Shown piece after piece: positions 63,502-64,000 of a DNA stretch of 64,000 nucleotides. The translations under genes and the position numbers were made by a program. This DNA comes from Candidatus Poseidoniales archaeon. GTDB lineage: Archaea; Thermoplasmatota; Poseidoniia; Poseidoniales; Thalassarchaeaceae. A model generated the notes under the pieces. That model was given only the letters and a program-made list of their open reading frames with translations. It was not told where the DNA came from and made no database searches. The stretch is taken from assembly GCA_012960975.1 (NCBI GenBank), contig DUAE01000055.1:107828-171827 (forward strand), in the 5' to 3' direction. Each line of letters opens with the position of its first letter. Positions within the stretch are counted from its first letter, which is position 1.

Positions 63502-64000
63502 CTAATTTGTGGCTTGACTAATTTGCTCGAGTGCTTCATCAAGTGTGATTGTTCCGGCTGAAAGTGCTCGGATAACTTCATTGAATTGAGGATGAGAAAT
63601 AAGCCTAGAATCCCATGCAGATAGTAATCTTTCCCTAAATCGAATAGTGTCGCGATTTGAATCTGTCTCGATTTGTTCAATTGATTCCACTAATTCAGTT
63701 ACACCATCCCCTAAATGAGCAGATACCAGGCAAACCTCAATGGCGGTTTCAGTTGATAATGATAGTGAGTTTTGTAACGAATCCGCTGCTAATTGTGCAC
63801 TCGGTAAATCAGACTTATTTATCGCGATAATGTCTGCTAACTCAATTATTCCAGCTTTTTCTGCCTGAATAATATCGCCTCTATCGGGCCCTTCTACCAG
63901 CAATACTCTATCGGCAAATGCAACTATTCTAATCTCTGATTGACCACTACCAACAGTTTCAATTATTATTCTAGTCCATCCACATTGACTTAACAAAGAT
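63502..64000 (-). CDS. MeaB/ArgK-type G3E GTPase (methylmalonyl-CoA mutase chaperone); partial, N-terminus off the window
   Basis: IIIETVGSGQSE (ETVGVGQSE), GDIIQAEKAGIIELADIIAINKSDL (GDxxQxxKxGxxExAD...NKxD). The conserved core normally lies mid-protein, so the gene continues beyond 64000. Confidence 0.7.
   Translation of the reverse strand, partial: SLLSQCGWTRIIIETVGSGQSEIRIVAFADRVLLVEGPDRGDIIQAEKAGIIELADIIAINKSDLPSAQLAADSLQNSLSLSTETAIEVCLVSAHLGDGVTELVESIEQIETDSNRDTIRFRERLLSAWDSRLISHPQFNEVIRALSAGTITLDEALEQISQATN

Noticed and set aside
63486-63680. 64-aa minus-strand ORF overlapping the MeaB-like gene
   Set aside because: It is an alternative frame inside a gene that has clear G3E GTPase motifs, and it has no supporting features of its own.
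1-64000. Window-wide scan for CRISPR arrays, direct or inverted repeats of IS elements, integrases, toxin-antitoxin pairs and known defence-system signatures
   Set aside because: By eye I found no regularly spaced repeats, no transposase/integrase/recombinase motifs and no typical defence enzymes (large ATPase/nuclease pairs). The window looks like core chromosome.

Overview
This is an AT-rich, densely coding archaeal chromosomal segment with about 60 genes on both strands.

**Archaeal identity.** It is shown directly by:
- the RNA polymerase operon rpoH-rpoB-rpoA'-rpoA''-rpl30e (48.8 to 39.5 kb, minus strand);
- aCPSF1 next to proteasome beta;
- tRNA-splicing endonuclease, ribosomal protein S3Ae (eS1), a Pop5-like RNase P subunit, SepF-like and FtsZ-like proteins, and ZPR1.

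An unsplit rpoB, bacterial-type plsC/thyA/folA/pntAB and many acidic secreted, membrane-anchored proteins suggest a Thermoplasmatota, marine-group-II-like (Poseidoniales-like) genome. That placement is inference only.

**RNA genes and mobile elements.** There are two tRNAs (Pro-UGG, Lys-UUU). I saw no rRNA, CRISPR array, transposase, integrase or prophage signal.

**Observations I consider most worth follow-up:**
1. A Rieske/cytochrome b operon (52.2-58.0 kb) with no c-type cytochrome. Its last gene fuses the cytochrome b C-terminal (subunit IV-like, PDWY) domain to an HdrD/GlpC-type 2x[4Fe-4S] + 2xCCG domain. Its first gene is a Reeler-like secreted protein with a GCTCH motif, which has a paralog at 8.7-9.7 kb.
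2. One helix-hairpin-helix-like plus basic-linker module is attached to the N-termini of both RpoH and RpoA''. RpoA' also carries a roughly 150-aa Cys4 insertion.
3. A divergent gene cluster (30.5-38.5 kb) holds four paralogous coiled-coil proteins, a DtxR-type regulator and two large membrane proteins.
4. Several unusual fusions or insertions occur in housekeeping genes: S3Ae-SAP, methyltransferase-biotin ligase, and a TrpRS insertion.
5. There is a degenerate FtsZ-like paralog, a gshA-asnB pair and a bacterial-type PlsC.

**Limits.** All family calls come from motif recognition by eye on the supplied translations and my own translations. No database search was possible, and start codons are often uncertain because TTG and GTG starts are in use.
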